Shown here: one piece after another, positions 30,280-32,000 of the stretch | Numbering within the stretch: position 1 is the stretch's first letter | How the letters are laid out: each line of letters opens with the position of its first letter | NCBI RefSeq assembly: GCF_009734345.1 | Contig: NZ_CP032551.1 | Span: 1,080,001 to 1,112,000, forward strand | Reading direction: 5' to 3' | DNA: 32,000 nt | From: Pseudidiomarina andamanensis | GTDB taxonomy: Bacteria > Pseudomonadota > Gammaproteobacteria > Enterobacterales > Alteromonadaceae | Made by a program: the position numbers and the translations under genes | Notes under the pieces: model-generated | Database searches by the model: none | What the model was told of the DNA's origin: nothing | Seen by the model: only the letters and a program-made list of their open reading frames with translations

Positions 30280-30321
30280 GATTTCACGGTGAAATCAAAC
30301 AGTAGATTTAAACAGGTGTTT
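30280..30321. promoter_or_regulatory. Two palindromes in the ACAD upstream region: GATTTCAC-G-GTGAAATC and AAACAGGTGTTT
   Basis: An 8+1+8 perfect palindrome at 30280-30296 and AAAC-N4-GTTT at 30310-30321. Both lie in the 79-bp gap between the gspB stop and the ACAD start. I treat them as candidate operator sites only. Confidence 0.35.
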
Positions 30322-30335
30322 TAATAACAGATTCG

Positions 30336-31052
30336 TTATGGCTTTGTCCAGTCTTCTAAGGCGGGTTGCTGAAAAGCTTGATCATTCTTTGACAACACGA
30401 CATGAGCAGGCGCAATAGTTAAAATGGTTAAGCCCTGATAGCTCTCACCTTCGAATAAGCGCACGCCACTAAGCTCAACCCAGCGGGAATTGGCCCGCGA
30501 TGAATACTGATGTCCATCGTAAGTGAAACTTGGAACTGAACGCTGAAAGCTTGAGCTTAATTGTGACAACGCTGGTACTACACTCAAATTTTCGCCTTGC
30601 TCACCTAATGCACTCTCAAAGGCGCTCAGCATTTCAGGCGAAATTTGATTGAGGTCAATTGCTTGATTCTCGTTCAACACTGAATTGTCAGCCTGCTGCT
30701 CTGCCGAACTGATTAGTTCATCGCCTTGTTGCTCGGCAACCTCAGGTTCGGCTTCTTCTTTAATATGCCAATTAGGTTGAGTAATCGATACGACAGACCC
30801 CATTTGATAATGAGTGGATTCGGTCGTCGATACCTCAGTTGCTTGTGCTGATAGCTTCGAGTGAGCTGCATCTGCGATAAACTGCTGACTGATAAGCCAT
30901 CCAACAACAGCACCAACAATAACGACCGCGACTACAATCAACGTTTTGGTGAGTGCACCTGTGCGCTGTTGCGCCGACTGCAGAGCGATAGCGCCCGGTT
31001 GCTGCAACAGCGGCGATTGTTGATTGCGTAACGCTTTAAGTACCGATGACAT
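30336..31052 (-). CDS. gspB: General secretion pathway protein B (GspB/ExeB-like), single-pass membrane protein
   Basis: 238 aa with the N-terminus MSSVLKALRNQQ, one transmembrane helix (LIVVAVVIVGAVVGWLI) and an acidic/Q-rich linker. It is directly downstream of an ExeA-type gene with a TAATG overlap. Confidence 0.75.
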   Translation of the reverse strand: MSSVLKALRNQQSPLLQQPGAIALQSAQQRTGALTKTLIVVAVVIVGAVVGWLISQQFIADAAHSKLSAQATEVSTTESTHYQMGSVVSITQPNWHIKEEAEPEVAEQQGDELISSAEQQADNSVLNENQAIDLNQISPEMLSAFESALGEQGENLSVVPALSQLSSSFQRSVPSFTYDGHQYSSRANSRWVELSGVRLFEGESYQGLTILTIAPAHVVLSKNDQAFQQPALEDWTKP

Positions 31053-32000
31053 TAACGCCCCTCCGATTTATCTGATGTCGCTATTCGCGGCCCTGATGTA
31101 TTATCGTTCGCGCTCAACCACGCAAGCGTGAGTGCATCCAGTTGCCCAGTCGCTTTCACACCCGCGCGTTGCTGCACATGACGCACCTGATCAATAGCAT
31201 CGTCTTGTCGAGCGGCGCCGTGCTCTAACATTTGTCTGGCTAGCCACTGTTGATAAAGTGATTGCTCAGCCTCTACATCGGCGTCAAAGTATCCCGGCGG
31301 TTGCGCAATCACGATGACGAATTCACCAGTCCAGTCGCCGTTGGGGGAGGCATTCTCATTATTCACAAATTGATAGCCACCATCCTTCAAGGTCAGTAGC
31401 GCTGGTAGCTCAGGAATCAGAATTTGATCCAAACGCGCACTCGCGCCCACACACAGTAATTCGAACGACTGAATCCACTCACAAAAAGCTTGATTTCGCG
31501 GTGGGTTTGGAAGCTTCCAAGCTTCTGCCATAAGCTCAATGCCACTTTCTTGCGAAGTCGTCGGTTCAATGAAGGGTTGAACCACCTCAGCTTGACGCCA
31601 ATACCAGTTCGCCACACCGGCTAACCCGGCGACGACAGCACCAGCGACGATTAACTGCAGCCAACTAGCCCCAGACTTTCCTTCATGTTGAGGTGATGAT
31701 CCATCTAACTCTTTCACCGCAGTTTGAATGTGGCGAACCGTGACCACTGATTGCTGTTCGTTATAAGCTGCTAACAAGGCGCGATCGCACAGTAAATTGA
31801 GACGCCGCGGAATTCCTTCGCTCGCGAGGTGTACTTTTTTGACAGCCTTTTTATCAAACAGCCCACGCTGCGCGCCCGCAACCTGCAATCGATAGTTTAT
31901 ATACCGCTCGGAATCGGCTAACTGCAGCGGCAAAAGATGGTAACGAGCAGTAATGCGCTGGGCGAGTTGACGTAGTTCGCGACGGCGCAGTAAATCTTGA
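31052..32000 (-). CDS. gspA: ExeA/GspA-family AAA ATPase with a C-terminal peptidoglycan-binding domain; the 5' end lies beyond the right window edge
   Basis: The reading frame stays open to position 32000 (QDLLRRRELRQLAQRITARYHLLPLQLADSERYINYRLQVAG...GIPRRLNLLCDRALLAAY), followed by a transmembrane helix and a PG-binding-like C-terminus (VRHVQQRAGVKATGQLDALTLAWL). The TTG at 31933 in the ORF track is an internal codon. Confidence 0.85.
   Translation of the reverse strand, partial: QDLLRRRELRQLAQRITARYHLLPLQLADSERYINYRLQVAGAQRGLFDKKAVKKVHLASEGIPRRLNLLCDRALLAAYNEQQSVVTVRHIQTAVKELDGSSPQHEGKSGASWLQLIVAGAVVAGLAGVANWYWRQAEVVQPFIEPTTSQESGIELMAEAWKLPNPPRNQAFCEWIQSFELLCVGASARLDQILIPELPALLTLKDGGYQFVNNENASPNGDWTGEFVIVIAQPPGYFDADVEAEQSLYQQWLARQMLEHGAARQDDAIDQVRHVQQRAGVKATGQLDALTLAWLSANDNTSGPRIATSDKSEGR

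Noticed and set aside
30325-30337. ATTCGTTAT near the gspB stop, which matches 9 nt of the rnr-upstream heptamer array
   Set aside because: It is a single 9-mer match lying at or within a coding-gene end. That is consistent with chance in 64 kb of two-strand sequence, and there is no tandem structure.
31933-31935. TTG at 31933 as the start of the ExeA-like gene (ORF-track start)
   Set aside because: The frame remains open upstream to the window edge and encodes conserved ExeA sequence (LAQRITARYHLLPL), so the gene is 5'-truncated by the window.

Overview
This window looks like conserved core chromosome of a marine-type gammaproteobacterium (Alteromonadales/Vibrionales-like; protein sequences are close to E. 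coli orthologues). Every ORF of about 100 aa or more maps to a well-known housekeeping family. In order: rlmB (partial), rnr, tRNA-Leu(CAA), an RDD membrane protein, lptG-lptF, pepA-holC-valS, rraB, plsC, parC-parE, yqiA, yqiB (DUF1249), nudF, tolC, an lpxL-family acyltransferase, glnE, ygiF, a short-form putA, a roughly 590-aa acyl-CoA dehydrogenase, and gspB/exeA (partial). I found no integrase, transposase, toxin-antitoxin pair, CRISPR array, defence genes or other accessory island, so I cannot support a novel protein-coding system here. The one clearly anomalous element is non-coding. The 313-bp spacer between tRNA-Leu and rnr holds a perfect 11.5-copy tandem heptamer (TTATTCG)n, flanked on both sides by inverted copies of the same unit, including a 3-unit mini-array next to the tRNA 3' end. 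Lesser observations are unusual gene junctions (plsC/rraB 8-nt overlap, tolC/lpxL 14-nt overlap, lpxL/glnE convergent stops sharing TTAA), absence of cpdA from its usual slot between yqiB and yqiA, a putA lacking its DNA-binding domain, and two palindromes upstream of the acyl-CoA dehydrogenase. All calls come from reading the sequence and ORF translations; no database search was run.
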